A DNA stretch of 64,000 nucleotides from Carcharhinus amblyrhynchos (Eukaryota). The stretch's first letter is position 1. The number at the start of each line of letters is the position of its first letter. Both the position numbers and the translations under genes were made by a program. Below the pieces are notes generated by a model. The model searched no databases and was not told where the DNA came from. It was given only the letters and a program-made list of their open reading frames with translations. Below are positions 1 through 13,949 of the stretch, in pieces. The DNA lies in the NCBI GenBank assembly GCA_965287045.1, contig OZ336872.1, positions 74,710,001 to 74,774,000 on the forward strand, written 5' to 3'.

Positions 1-855
1 TAAAACCTGTTCTTCAAATGCTGACCTTTTCCCAAACATTTTTTCTCAACCACTTATCCCACTAGATGTGGGCCTAACTGACTTCTAAATTACAAGCCTC
101 ATGTCTCGCATTTTTGTTTGAGTATTCCAATTGTAGTTGTCTAATCTCCAGGGGCTTTTGGGTTCTCTCATTACTTTCAATCATGCACCCTATCTGGTGA
201 AGAGGCTTTATTGATTTATAGATAAAAGTAGATCTTAAATTCATAAAGCTATCAGTTTCAATTGGAACCTGATTTTTCACTGACATCAACATGAATTCTT
301 GGCTGAATCTGAAATATGCAAATCATAAAGTTAATCATTCAAATAGAGATAGAGCCATTTGCCTTAAACAGTCATCCTTGCCTTGTGGTGTGCTTAATTA
401 AGCCTGCAACACAATTGAAGTAGTTGGCAATTTTTGAAAGTATTTGGTATTGAAGGTTAATGTGAAGCAACAAGAGGCAGTCCCTAATGAATATTCAAGT
501 ACTTGTTCTCTTTATTCCCATTAACCATTGAATAAAACTGTTCATGAAATGGGTATGGTATTTGATGGATCTCATGTTGTTCAGTAATTATTTATGCCTG
601 AGGCTGGCCGCAACCTTGGATGTTGAGTTGTGCATTTGATTTAGTGTGTGGAATTAGGAATCTTATTTACTGATTAAATCTATCCACTTGAAACAGAAAA
701 AAATTCCTAATGGTTACCAAGTTATCAGGTTGTAGTTACTGGATTGAGTAGGGAACTGATCAAGATGGACACTGGGCAAAAAAATTAGTACATGGAAAAA
801 CTGATTTTTTAATATGGTTTTCTTTTTACAGGTTTATTACAAGATCTTAATCACC

Positions 856-1059
856 ATGGCTTTGGAAATAACCTCACCTCCTCGGTTTTTTCACATGCCG
901 AGGTTCCAGCACCAGGGACCAAGGCACACCTTTTACAAGCGGCCAGATTTTGCTCAGCAGCAAGCTATGCAGCAATTGACCTTTGATGGCAAACGCATGA
1001 GAAAGGCTGTGAACAGGAAGACGATCGATTATAATCCATCTGTTATTAAGTTCTTAGAG
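856..1059 (+). CDS. WDR33: WDR33 first coding exon (exon 2 by human numbering); exon begins at 832 with 24 nt of 5'UTR
   Basis: Acceptor ttttacag ends at 831; Kozak ACCATGG at 856; encodes [68 protein letters not shown], the WDR33/Pfs2 N-terminus; donor GAG|gtgaga; 204 nt, phase 0. Confidence 0.97.
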
Positions 1060-2770
1060 GTGAGACGAGAATAACAGGGAGACCATTTGTGAATGAACAT
1101 ATATTGGAGTGTGCTGCACTCCTTGCTAAGTGAGAGGTTTTGGAACCACTTCACTGATTCTTCTAATTTCAGACATACTTAATGTGAAATGCACCAGTCG
1201 GAATGTCTAGTGCCACTCCTACACTCATAGATACTCTTTTTTTAAGGTGATAGATATACAATTTTTGTGAAGGATATGACACTCAGTAAGTAGCCTAATA
1301 AACTGTTACTGTTGTGTCCATTACAGTAAGCACATTTTACATCTAAGTTCATAAAAAAATTATTTTTATTATTTGCTTATTACAGATTTTGAGAGGAATC
1401 TCTGAAATTCAAAGTATGCAATCATATTTCCACCACCTGTTGTGTTTTTCTATATATGTACAGTACAATAATTCATTAATGTGATAGGAGACTAGCCACT
1501 CGTGGTTGGAATGTAATATCTAAGTCATGCGATGCATGCTAAATACAGGTTGTAAAAAGAAAATACAGCATTGCCTTATTTATGGACTTGCCACAACCCA
1601 GTTCTGTGAATATGTTCCAACCTGTCAAGCACAAGTTGTAATCCAGAGCATTCCTTACCTTCTGCCTTATTAATATCTGAATTGATACAGCACCACACTG
1701 AAATCACCCAGTCAGTGTCATAGGGGAATTGTGATCTTGTGCCCCTGACTGACCGGAACCAAACTTTGAAATGATTGGCAATTGGTACTCTAAAGGCTCC
1801 CAATATTTTGTATCTGAAATCTTTCGATGTTTTGATGAGCCAGTGTCGTGATTAATTTGATAACTATCTAAGCTTTATAGCAATTTAATTTTTATTGCTT
1901 TCTGTTAAAAATTGTTCCTCTTAGGGCTGCCTGAATTGTAGTGTTTGGGAAAAAGAAGCAATCCTATTGGTAATATTTCATCTGGAAAGCTTCAGTATCC
2001 CATCAGGAAATGATTTTCAACTATAGGTACAAGCCCAAGCAGCTTGCTGTTGCTGTTTGTGCACTCAAAAAAACAGATCTCACATGGGAATTAGGCTTAA
2101 CACTTAGCTCTGATTCGTTTTGTTTCTTGTCCTTTCGCCAATCACAACTAGTGCTGAACTAGTATCATGATGGAATCACAGCATAATCAACAAACATCAC
2201 TCCTTCCAGCTGCGGACCGAGCGAGTAGCAGTTAAATTATTTTCCTAAGTCTACATGGGAAGACAAGGCTGCAACTAATGCAGCAACACAAAATGTTGGA
2301 AACAAACAGCAGGTCTGTGTGTCTTTAAAACAAACAAGCTGAAATTCTAGACAGAAACTTTTGTCAATGAAAACATTTTTACACCAGGGTTCACCTTTAC
2401 TCCTGGTCATTTTAGCCAATTCAGCACTTTCCCCTGCTAATGCTTTCTTGATTTCTGCCATTTTGTTTCAGTTTTCTAGACTTGGTAGTTTGGGCATCAC
2501 ACTGCCACCAGTTGTTGCAATTTTGGGTTTCTTGAGGAAAATAAAACTTCTTCCTTGATTGGTTTCTGGCATTTACCATAAGAAAAACCTATCCTCTGCG
2601 ATCAGTAAATCATACATTCTTTAATCTTCTGATCTGCCCTTGGATAAAGATTGTCAATTATCCTACCAATAGCAGATTCCATATCTCGTACAAAACTGCA
2701 CTTCATTCCTATTTGCAGATGTTAAACGCATCAGTTTTACAAACAATAGCAATTAATTAGTAAGATGCCT

Positions 2771-3157
2771 GGTTGTGTTGGTAACATTTCACCTGTAACT
2801 CAAAGGTGTGGCTTTCAATTCTACCAGAGGGTTGTGCAATTTGAGTTTATTTTCAAGAGCAGTACTCTGAGGAATTGCATTGTGTTAGGTCCTTATGGAT
2901 CTGATAATTTGAAATCTCCTCTGTTGTGTAGTCAGCTATTAAAGATGCAGTGGCATTGTTAAAAGAAGAGTTGGGAGTTTTCAGCGTTCTCTTCAACATT
3001 CCTCTCATCAACTAATATTACCAAGAAAAGAACATTCAGTATGTCATTCATCAAGGTCAACTAGGATGTTACTGGTGCCACACCTACCCACATATCATTG
3101 CAGTTGAAAATGTAATTCAACATGTGAAGTTGTTTCGATCAGATGTTATATAAAAAT
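2771..3157 (+). mobile_element. Decayed SacSINE1/DeuSINE-like SINE
   Basis: Collinear with the clearer copy at 50210-50622 (gttggtaaca head, cagtactctgagg, gaagagttgggagtt, gttatataaaaatg tail). Confidence 0.5.
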
Positions 3158-4984
3158 GGTTTTTAAAAAATTATATAAAAATGAAGCAGACCTTATCCTT
3201 CAAAAATATTAACATAATTGCATCAACCACATGTCATCATTCAAGTGTGATCCAACTTGAAAGTGTGTAGTGCTAATCATTTTTGGAAAACAACAAATCA
3301 CACGTTCCCAAGAACTGAATGCATCAATCGAATAGCATCTGAATAATAAAATACCAGTGAAGAATTGTTGATCAGCAAGCAAGTACCACTTCAAAAAAGA
3401 AAACCGATAAAATTGTTTTGAGAAATCTTTCCCCCACTAATTGTGCTCACTAAGGTGACGACTTAGGACAGAAGTAAGGTTTTGAACTTGTAAAACAAAT
3501 TACAAGAAAATTAAATGCTCGATATTTGCAATTTCTTTTATGTGCCAAAATGTATACACTTCTGTTATATGTCTTCTAGAAGTCTTGCTTCCGGAAGCCT
3601 GGCATGAATTATTGGGGCATTCAGGAGCTATTGTTCTGTTAACTAAGTGAATAATTTTAACACTTGTCAAGCTACAATTCTCAGGATTCATCAGTTCACT
3701 CTGCAAGCCATGTGCACAGAAGAATTCTTGCAATTAAAATGAAGGCTGCCTCCTATCAATTAAATGAGCACCACTTTTTGGAGGAAGGTTGGAGTTGCTG
3801 GGCACACAGTACTCCATTCACATAGGATGCTGGTACTGCTTTTTATAAACCGAGGTGCTTTCCTCTTTAGCCTGCCCTTTTCTTGGACCTATCTATGGAA
3901 ATAACCTGAAGTCTTGCCAGGGAAGTGGGAATAATCGGATAGCCCTGACAAATAGCTGACACAGGCATGATGGGCCTAAAGGATCTTCTGTGCTGCATGT
4001 TTTAATAATTGATGACACTTGAACCAGAAATTATTATTCAGACTGATTTGCTGTTTCCATACGAAAGCAGCAAAGCATGAACTTCATTTGGGATAACCAA
4101 AAACGTGAAGTAACTAGTGTAGTCAAATTGTTTATGCAGTTGTGCACTTTTTTTCAGAGCTATTTCAGGGAACAAAGATTTGTGTTCTTATAACGTTTTC
4201 AACACTGGTCACATTTTGATATGTTCTAACTTGCTCAGAACAAAATCTAAAGAGGAATTGGGACCAAGCATTTGTGACCATATGCGGGAATTTGGAAGAC
4301 GTTTTGCCATTTCAGTGTTTCCAGTTTCTATCCAAGTAGTTTTTTTAAAGTCAAATGAACAAATAAACATAATTGTATTAGAACATATATATTAGAATAT
4401 GCAGCTATACACTGCAATTGTGTAGAGATGAAAATAGGAGGTAGGTGAAATGTACACCATTTACTCTGCCTTTTTAGATTAAGTAGATGTTACTAAGAAA
4501 TTAATTATGGTTCCAAATGACACCTAATTAGAAAACTACAGTTTACTTTGTTGCAATCTTAATCCCCAAACTGGGGTCTGAGAACCCCATTTTAAATTTT
4601 TAATCAAAAACAGTGTGAATTGCAATGAAATGAGAAAAAAAGTCCAGATTCTGACACTTAAAAGTTCTTCACCTTCTAATTTGTTTCTGATTTCCTGATT
4701 CCAATTTTTTTGTTGAATGGCAAATGCACTTAACAATTATGGAGGGAAAGAACGAACAAGGTAAATTTGGTTGAGGAAAGTCCTTTAGACCATCTAATCT
4801 CATCCTTACCAAATACCACAAATCTTTTTCCTATCACAATATCTAGTTGATGGTTTCATGGCTTCAAATTACCCTTTCCAGCAGCTAATTTAAGTTACCT
4901 CATTACTTTCTTAAAATAACCAACAAAAACAATCAATGGATTAAATCAAATCTTTTCAGTCCTCCTGCATCCAGTCATGAATGA

Positions 4985-6825
4985 AATGGACAAATACACA
5001 ATTGATGGGAGGAGGCTCCATGAGCGTTTATATCCTCAATGACAGCAGTGAGTATGTAAGATGCCTAAGGTGATGTGGTGGTGACACCATGGTTAGCACT
5101 GCTGCTTCACAGTGCCAGGGACAAGGGTTCAATTCCAACTTTGGGTCAATGTCTGCGTACAGCCCATATGTTCTCGTATCTGTGCATTTCTACCTGGTGC
5201 ACTAGTTTCCTCTGTCCAAAGATGTGCAGATTAGGTGGATTGGCCACGCTAAATTAGCCCTTAGTGACAGGAGGACTAGCAAGATAAACGTGGGGTTATC
5301 AGGATAGGACCTGGGTTGGATTGTTGTCAGCGTAGGTTTGATGGGCCAAATGGCCTCCTCCTGCATTATAGGGATTTTATGAAGACGTGCTACAGCTGTC
5401 TTCCACTCTCAAGGCCAGGTGGATGAGCCATCTTGGCTGTCTTCTGAGGACCCTACCCTCATGAATGCCAGTTTTCAGCCAATTTAGTTCGCTCCATGGA
5501 TTATTAAGGAACAGCTGAAAGCACTGGATGCAAAAAAGGCTCTGGGCCTTGACAATATCCCAGATGAAGGGATGAAAACTTGTTCTCCAGAACTAGTGCC
5601 AGGTCAAGCTATTCCCTTACAGCAACAGCACTAACATTTACCTGATAAATTGGAAAATTACCCAGATAAAACAGGACTGAATGCAATCTGGTTAACCTCC
5701 TACCACTTTACTCAACGGTGTAATGGAAGGGGTGTTGACAATTTTATCAAATGACATTTATTCACCAGCTTGTTCAGCTGGGGTAACTGCTCCTGGACTC
5801 ATTACAGCCTTAGTCCAAATATGGGCAAAAGATTTTGAATTCCAGAGGTAAGGCAAAGGGTATCTGCCCTCACGTCAAAGCAGTATTTTATTAAGTGCAA
5901 CATCAAGAATCCATAATAAAATTCAGATCTCTCTGGATTGGATGGCTGGGGGGGAGGAGGAGGGGGGGCTTCAGTGGCTGGCACAAAAAATTGTGATTGT
6001 TGGAGGCTAATCATCTCAGCTTCAGGACAGCACTGCAGGAGCTGCTGAACTGTTATAGACTAAAATCATCAGTTGTTTCATCAATGAACTTCATTCCCAC
6101 CATAAGGTTAGAGGTGAGAATGTTCATTGATTCTATAGTGTTCGATAGCATTCGCTTTTCCTCCTAATGAAACAGTTTGTCTCCACACAAAGACTTGTAC
6201 AACATTCAGGCTTGGACTGATAAGTGGCACATAACATTCACACCTTGCAAGTGCCAAGCATTGACTTGCCAAAAAGAGTTTAATTAGCTCTCCTTGAAAT
6301 TCACTGCATTATCATTGTGGAATCCCTCACTGTCAACATCCTCAGGAGTGCAATTTAACTGGATTAGTTGTATAAATACTCTGGCTACAAGAACAGACCA
6401 GAAGTTAATTATTCTGCAGCAAGTGATTTGCCTGACTCCCAGAGTCTTCCCCCATTTACAAGGCAGAAATTGGGAGTGATGGAATACTTGCCACTTGCCT
6501 GAATATTGGCAGCTACAGCAGCACTGAAGAAGCTTGACACCATCTCGAACAAAACAGCTCCTATGGCACCTCATCGACTGCCTTAAGCATTCAGTCCGCC
6601 GCCAGTGCACCTTGCAAGCAGTGTGCACCATCTACAAGATGCACTGCAGTAATTTGCCAAAGCTGCTTAAGCAGTACTTCTCAAATCCTTGTTAATACAT
6701 TATGGTCTTTTGGCTGGGTACCTTCATGGACTTCAAGGGGTTCACCACCATCTTCTCAAGGACATTTAGGGTTGGCAGTGAATGCCAGCCTTGTCCAAGA
6801 CACACATCCCATGATTAAACAAAAA
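4985..6825 (+). mobile_element. Decayed CR1/L2-group LINE, 3' portion, interrupted by a SINE
   Basis: Shares many blocks with the copies at 17900-19968 and 22490-24870 (ggaggaggctcca, atctacaagatgcactgcag, cacatccc tail); RT remnants with stops. Confidence 0.75.
5069..5381 (+). mobile_element. HE1/V-SINE-type tRNA-derived SINE
   Basis: tggttagcactgctgc A-box region, ggttcaattcc B box, aaagatgtgcagattaggtggattggcca core, CR1-like tail gatgggccaaatggcctcc. Confidence 0.85.
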
Positions 6826-7469
6826 TACCCTTCTGACCTATATCACAATTGTTTTGGGCTCAATTTTTGTCATGTTAAGGATCTTGTATCCTCCAAAGTA
6901 ATTCAGATTTTCTAGTTGAAAATTGTGTTGTGACAAGGGCACAAATACACGTTCCATTTCTAAACTTTTCCTTTTAAAATGCTAACTATATGTGTCACAG
7001 TATTTTACACATTTAAAAAAAAAATTTCTGGATCGCATGTTAGATATTCAAATACAAAAGCACAAACTTTGTGAATTAGATTGAGGCTGGCTACACACGG
7101 TCAGTCGGAGATGTAGTTGAGCCAGAGGAAATTTGAGCAAAGAAAAGATGGGGCATTCCAGCAGAAATATGCAAGTTTATCAAGTGTTAGGCAGAAATAT
7201 ATATAACAAAATGATAATTACTACTGATGTGTCTTGTTTTTTGCTATCCAGCTTGGGTGAAAATAGTTGATTCAATTGACCACTGGAAAATCCGCGAAAG
7301 CAATACACTGAACTCAATCTCTCAGGACTATCAAGTCTGGTGAACTGACACATTGTTGCTAGTGTATTGAAAAGGGGACTACAATAAGAACTGAACATTT
7401 AAAAATATGCACTTAGACATATTTGTAGCGCTTTAAAAATGTTTTTTTTTAAAATCTGTCCCTGTCTGC

Positions 7470-7862
7470 CAAGTGGAGCAATAACATAGTAGTTTCACGT
7501 CCCAGTCCAGAGACTTGAGCACAAAAGTCGTGGCTGATTAGTGCAGTGTGGGACTAAAGGAGAGCTGTGCATCTTTCTTCATTAAAAGTTAGGCCTCTAA
7601 CTAAGGTGATGGAAAAGATCTCACGGATCTTATATTGAAGCAGAAAAGGTTGGAGAGTTTTGTCCAATATCCTGCCAGTCTTTACCCATCAGTCAACACA
7701 AACATTATCTGACCATGAAACATTGTAGTTTGAGGGAGCTTGATGTGTGAAAATACATTTCCTGCAATACAAATGTGACTACAGTGTCAAAGCACCACAT
7801 TGACTATAAAGTGTGATGGGCCATCCTGTCACTATGAAAGGCATCACATAAATCCAGTTTTA
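7470..7862 (+). mobile_element. Decayed SacSINE1/DeuSINE-like SINE
   Basis: gagacttgagcacaaaa, tttcctgcaatacaaatgtgactaca and tgaaaggcatcacataaat blocks match the 50210 copy. Confidence 0.6.
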
Positions 7863-8367
7863 TTTTCCAAAATTGTGGGTCAAGCATTGTTAATTTGGAA
7901 TCTGGCTTTGGTATTGGTTCAAAGTGCAGAGATCCTATGACAAGTTTTAGAAACAGATTAGGGAACTCATGTGTCCTGGCTCAATTTTCCTCCCCCAACC
8001 AAAATCATCAAAACAGATTACCTTGCTCCGAACCCACTGCTTTCACCACTGCCTGAAATCCACACACTGCTATGCATCACACATGTATGCTTCTGACTTT
8101 TCTTCATGCTCTATTTCAAAGTTGTCATCCATAGTTCCATTTTATCCTCTGCCTCAGAGGATAACAAAGAACTTGATTCCATTTCAGCTTTGATTCTATT
8201 TCAATTCTCAGATACCAAGGAGACTCTGAATCCTTCTCATCCATTAATTTCCTCTGACTTTTATCCCTCTTTCCAATCTCATCCTTCATCTTGTTTGTAC
8301 TATCTTACAATCTCTGAACACTAATAATCGATCCCAAGAGAAGCCTCAGCTTTATTCCCTTTAGGCT

Positions 8368-8420
8368 TCCCCCCCCCGCCCCCAACACACACACACACAC
8401 ACACACACACCCCCACCCCT
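8368..8420. repeat. C-run plus (CA)n microsatellite
   Basis: ccccccccc gccccc a(ac)~13 ccccacccct seen directly. Confidence 0.9.
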
Positions 8421-8693
8421 CAGTGAACTTCAAACTTGACATAATGCTGATCTCTTAATTTTTGCCTGGCACATTAACTTTTCCATGAACCTTCCTAATG
8501 CATCTTGCTCCCATCTGCAGAATTTATGTTTTATCTCTTGCTTTACCCTCTCTAAATCTCATTGGGAGCTGCTCCATGACATCAGTTACTTGTTATTCCC
8601 TTTACTCTACCTATTTCCCTGTGAACTTGCAGCATTCCATTTTCACAGATCCAGACTTGATATTATCATTCAACTTGCTAACAAAGATGGCAT

Positions 8694-11600
8694 TGTTGCT
8701 GTTTGAGACCGCCTTTATCTTGCGGAGACTGCCAACCCTGCAACACCTCAACCTACCAGCCCCATGACGATCAGAAATCATTTTCCAAATTTTCACTGAC
8801 TTTTTTGGAGATTGTGATAACTTGGCCACAAAAAGGTAGTCAAACATATTGTGATATTCATTCAGCAAGGACTCAGAATTGGAGACAATTAGTTACACAG
8901 GCCCCTCGTGGTAAGACTATACCCATGAAAGCCTGCGCTGTCACTTGTGCATGCTCATACCAATTAAAGACATCAGTATATGCATTCAAATAAGATGCTT
9001 ACCATACCCCCCCTACTTAATGAAAGAAACGTAATGAAACTTGACTATATGTCAATTTTTCAGGAGCTTTGCAACTACACTGATCTGCGCAGTACCACTA
9101 GTGACTGTAGACATTGGTGAGGCTTATTTCAGCGGAACTGGACTTGGCGGTGCAGGAGTTGGTTGAGTAACAGTGAATGAATGTCTGCCATCCTTTCATG
9201 GAGTAGAGTCCACTGGAAGTCTTTGTACAATAGGAACTATTTTGTGTTGAATATCCACAGCAGCATTTCCTTCCACTGTGTTATCTGAAACTTTTGCTGT
9301 TTTCGAGTCATGGCGTTGACGAATGTGATCCTGGTGTTTGTGAACAACTCCTTCATTGTTCAGTTTTACTACCAAAAATACTGAACAACTTCAGTTGAAA
9401 ATAACTCTAGGCAGCCAAGGTTGATTACTGCGTAAATTCCTTACATAGACAATTATTTGAGTTGAAATGTCTGTTCTTAGCATGGTAGCCATGTCTCTCC
9501 TGTTTTTCCTGTCTCCTTCCAACTCTGGATGTAAGAAATCCAGGTGAAACTTTGGCTTCCTACCCATCAGCAATTTAGCTGGTGAGAGTCCTGTTGTTTG
9601 TTGTGTAATACAATACTGGAACAAGAACAGTGAGAGCTAGGTTTCCTAAATATCATCTGCTATTCTCCAGAACCCTGCTTTCAATGTCTGAATAGCCTGC
9701 TCTGCTAAACCATTTAAAGTTGGATGAAAAGTAGTAGTACAAACATGGCATATCCCATTTCTCTGCATAAACTTCTGGAACAAATCACTTGTCAATATTG
9801 TCTCATTATCAGAAACAAGAATCCGGTAAACTGCGTGTTTTGAAAACTTGGCGTGGGTTCTCTGTCTTAATGGGAGCTTTAATGTTGCTCATAATGTATA
9901 TTTGTAACCACTTAGATTGCAAGTCCACAATAACTAGCAACATATGACTCATGAAAGGCCCTGCAAAATCCACATGAAGCCTAGACTATGGATGGTCAGG
10001 CCATTACCATGGATGTTGTGGTGCTGGTGGTGCCATTTTTTGGTCAAGCTGACACACACAACAGGAATTCACCTTGTTCTCCAAGTCTTGATCCATTAGA
10101 CCATCTTGCTAAACTTTTCATTTGGGAGGCACACAGGTGAGCCTCTCAAACTTCATTCAAGAGTTGTGAATAATCAGTGTTTGGGACGACCACTTTGGAC
10201 CCCCAAAGGATACAAACAGCCTGCATATTCAGCTCATCTTTCCACTTTGCACGTGTCCTCAATTCATCACCCCATAACCCTCGGCTAACTCTACATAAGG
10301 CATCACTTCATCTGAGATGGAATAAAATCTCTGTTCATTCACTGCTCAACCTGTTTAGTGTACACTGGAGAATGTGAAAGTGTCTCAAGTGAGAAAACTG
10401 TCTCTGGAGGAAATAATGTCTTTGTGGGTATGTCTGGTAAAGGGAGATGATGCAGTGTGTCTGAGTTTGCATTGTCTTTCCCTGCCCCGTACACAGTGTT
10501 ATACAGGTAAGCTCATAATGAGAGAACTTGGCGCTGTTTTCTCACTGAGGCCATAGGAGGAATGCACTTGGATTCACTAAAAAGACTCATCAGTGTTGTG
10601 TGGTTGGTACAGATGGTGAATGAATGACCATAAAGATACTGATGAAACTGTTACACAGCAAAGACTAGACCTTATCTAACTGTGAATATTCCTCCTCAGC
10701 TGTTGCCAGTGCACATGATGCAAACCTATTGGGTTTTTCTGACTTGTCCTCTGTCAGAAGAGGGCAAGGATTCCATGACAGAATGAGCACTTTGCCTTGA
10801 ACAAAGTGAACCAACAAATTAGCTGATGTAGCAACGCTTTCACATCCGTGAAAACTTCATTTTGTATTGACCCCCACTTCCATTTTGTTCCTTTGTGAAG
10901 TAATAGATACAGTGGTGTGTCAACACTGTTGAAAGATCTGGCAGAAACTTCCTGTAGTAATTTACCATGCCCAGAAATGACCTGAACTTGGACACACCTC
11001 TGGGGTTTAGAAGTTCTTTGATAACTGTCTTTGTTTTCCACAGGGACAAACCCTGCACTGTGATTTTGTGATCCAGATATTCCAAACTTTGTGCTGGAAG
11101 ATGCACTTGTTATTCTTCAGCGATAGCTGTTCTCTGAAAATATGTTTTTTTGATCCAGGTTGCTAAGGCACTCCTCAATTTTCCCTGTGATTAGAACGCC
11201 ATCTAAACTGCTACATGAGGAGTCCCCTGCAACAGATTATCCGTTGTCCCCTCTAAGTCACTGCATTACAGAACACTCTGAAACCCAGATGATTGCATTT
11301 GATCAAATCCTTCAGTGTTCAAAACATACTGTTTTGAGACTTAGAAACTCTGCAGTACAGGGAGGGGCCATTCGGCCCATCAAGTCTGCACCGACCACAA
11401 TCCACCCAGGCCCTACCCCTATACCCCTACATATTTTACCCACTAATCCCTCTAACCTGCATATCTCAGGACACTAAGGGGCAATTTTAAGCATGGCCAA
11501 TCAACCTAACCTGCACATCCTTGGACTGTGGGAGGAAACTGGAGCACTCGGAGGAAACCCAAGCAGACATGAGGAAAATGTGCAAACTCCACACAAACAG

Positions 11601-12350
11601 TGACCCAAGGTGGGAATCGAACCCAGGTCCCTGGAGCTGTGAAGCAGCAGGGCTACCATGCCACTCCCACTGTGCTACCGTGCTGAGTCCTTTAACAAAA
11701 GCTACTGGTAGGTGTCTAGTTTTGAGAACATCTTTCTTCTTGCAAGGGTTGAAAAAAATCTTCCATCTGTGGTACTGGATAAGCAACCAGCTTGGAGTCC
11801 TGATTAATGGCAAGTTTGTAATTCCTGCAGATGTGCATAGTATCATTGTACCAGAATAGGAACATTTGGAGCTGTCCAATGTGAGAATTGAATGGGCTCG
11901 GATGATTCCAGCCTCTTCAGTCATTCCAACTCCTCCATTTTGTCCTTTCATGCATAGAGCACTATTCTGAGCTTGAAAAAGCAAGGAGTGATCTGAGGAT
12001 CTACAAAAATTGTAGTGCCATACAGTGTACCCAGCTCATCTTTGCAAACCTCAGGATATTTCTGAATGACATCCTTTATCACTTTTTGTGTGCTTAATCT
12101 CGCCCCAATTCAACGGAATTTTACTGAGCAAGTCACGCCCTAATAAACTAGGCCCTTTCTCTTGTACCATCAAGAACCATGCTTTTGCTCCTTGGCTGTC
12201 TTGAGTAATGCCCATCTCTAACACCCTAAACATTGGTATAACCTATCCAGTGTATGTCTGAAGTTGGATCCTTGTCTGAGTAAGAGCTGTCACCTGCTTA
12301 GAGCCCCAAGTCTTTTTGTAGGCCTCTTACTCAGCACTGATTTTCAGCAA
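8694..12350 (-). mobile_element. Decayed Gypsy/Ty3 LTR retrotransposon (protease-RT-RNaseH-integrase, polypurine tract, probable 3' LTR at ~8694-9004)
   Basis: Minus-strand remnants: GPSLLGRDLL (protease end), FRSFLGMVNYYRKFLPDLS (RT), FHQYLYGHSFTICTNH (RNase H), HPW*WPDHP*SRLHVDFAGPFMSHMLLVIVDLQSKW and TTGLSPAKLLMGRK (integrase); purine tract aagtaggggggg near 9018-9007; many stops and frameshifts. Confidence 0.88.
11341..11684 (-). mobile_element. HE1/V-SINE-type SINE inserted in the Gypsy RT region
   Basis: Reverse complement has B box gggttcgattccc, gtttcctccgagtgctcc, gatgtgcaggttagg core and the gatgggccgaatggcc tail. Confidence 0.9.
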
Positions 12351-13949
12351 CTTCAGATCACTAATACCTTTCCTATTTTTTAAGCAGTAGATAATGTAAT
12401 GACTCCCCTTTTGTTTCTTATACTACTACAATCCCTCTCATGGCTCTTTTTGTCATTTAATCCTGTTTTACACCTTATAATGCCTTGCCTATTCTTTTCT
12501 CCTCCCACACCTCTCACTGCTTCTAAATTTCCATCATTTTTCTAACAATTTGTTATTTTATCAATATCAGAATTCGTATCTCCATATAATTGGCTATTTT
12601 TCAAGATACAGGAACTATCATCTTGATTTTAAATTTTGTAAGAACTGTTATTGTCTTGTGAAAAACTATTTGTCCTATACTTCACAAAGCAGGCTGGAAA
12701 TTTCACTGCTGTGTGCTCAACAATGTTGTGTATACAGTGGAGTAGAATGGGCTTAATGACTGTGGCTGCTTTTTGTGCTGTAAGAGCCTTTGCCTTTGAT
12801 ATTTCCTAGGGTCAGGAAGAGGAATTGTGATCCGGAAATCCAAAAGTCTGTTTCCAAAAATGCTGTGGAATTTTACGACTATGGCATGAGTATCTCCATT
12901 TTTTTTAAAGTGGACTCTCCAGTTGCCTGATTGACAAGTTTGGCTGCCTGTTGGTGGGGAAATCTGCAGCATAATGGTGCAGCAAGGAACAGGTTTGAGC
13001 ACAGAGCTTGTGCCTTAGTGGGAGAAATGGTAAGAGGTGGGAGTTGGGTCAGTGATGGGGTTGGTGATTGGGTGAGTGCTGTAGGTCATGGAGGCTGAGG
13101 TTGTTCTTCCCAGAAACCTGGACAAGAATATTTAAATGGTTAAAATGGAGACATGTAGACTCTAAAAGATTTCACTAACCACCTACCTCCTGAGCTAGTA
13201 TTGGTTGTTCAACTTTCGTCCCACCTCCTTTAAAATTGGAAGTGTTAAGTTTGAGGCAACTAAGTTTTCTGTTGTAGATTTTTAATATTTAATCTTCAGG
13301 TGAAACCAAAGCCACTCCTGTTTGGGCATTTAAAATTATGTCCCATGATTCTAATTCTGAAATATTTTCCCCAGTATCAGTGTTAGGTTAAACTCTTTTC
13401 CCCCCGAAAGATCATTCCCCGGTTCTATCTATGCTTACACCCTGCATTGTGTTTGCTTTGTGAGATCATTCCCTCCCCCAAACTGATATGTCCTAAATAG
13501 ATTATCGCTGCTCTTCTGTCTGTCTTGATTTGTGTATCTGCTGTTCAATGAGCAGGCAGACAGCTCTTGAGAATGCTTACTATGGCATGAAGTACTACCC
13601 TGTCCTATTCATGGAGCCACTGAAGCCAGTCTTGGATTGCCCAGTTGAAATCAAGCAGAATGGAAATCAAATCTGCATCATCCCTTTTGGCCACTGAATA
13701 CTCCAATGTTCAGTTTCACTGTGGTTGCCATTTATATCGACTGGTGGCCTATTGATTTCTGTTCCACTTTTTGTTGCCCCTTAGGTTTTATTTTCACATA
13801 TGTGGCTGTATCTTGTGTCAGTGTTGTTGATACCTAACAGTCAATACTAGACAATGCCTGTTCTGTAAAGCAACCATATGCAGAACGAGGCTGCCATTCG
13901 TACGAAAGGAAAATTTGCAAAGCCTTGGGGAGAGTGCAGATGTTTTAGA

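Noticed and set aside
74-292. 72-aa minus-strand ORF at the window start
   Set aside because: No recognisable domain or splice context; it lies in WDR33 intron 1 and may be a TE relic.
814-855. Upstream in-frame ATG at 814 extending the WDR33 N-terminus
   Set aside because: It lies in the intron before the acceptor at 831; the conserved start is the Kozak ATG at 856.
2237-2740. Purine-rich, coding-looking minus-strand stretch (MAEIKKALAGESAELAK...)
   Set aside because: Upstream frames are broken by stops and I recognise no family; a nested antisense gene cannot be supported without a homology search.
5069-5150. tRNA-like A and B boxes here and at other SINE heads
   Set aside because: They belong to tRNA-derived SINE heads and do not form a cloverleaf; no tRNA or rRNA gene was found in the window.
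11487-11984. 165-aa minus-strand ORF, the longest in the track
   Set aside because: Chance fusion of out-of-frame Gypsy pol sequence and an inserted SINE; not a gene.
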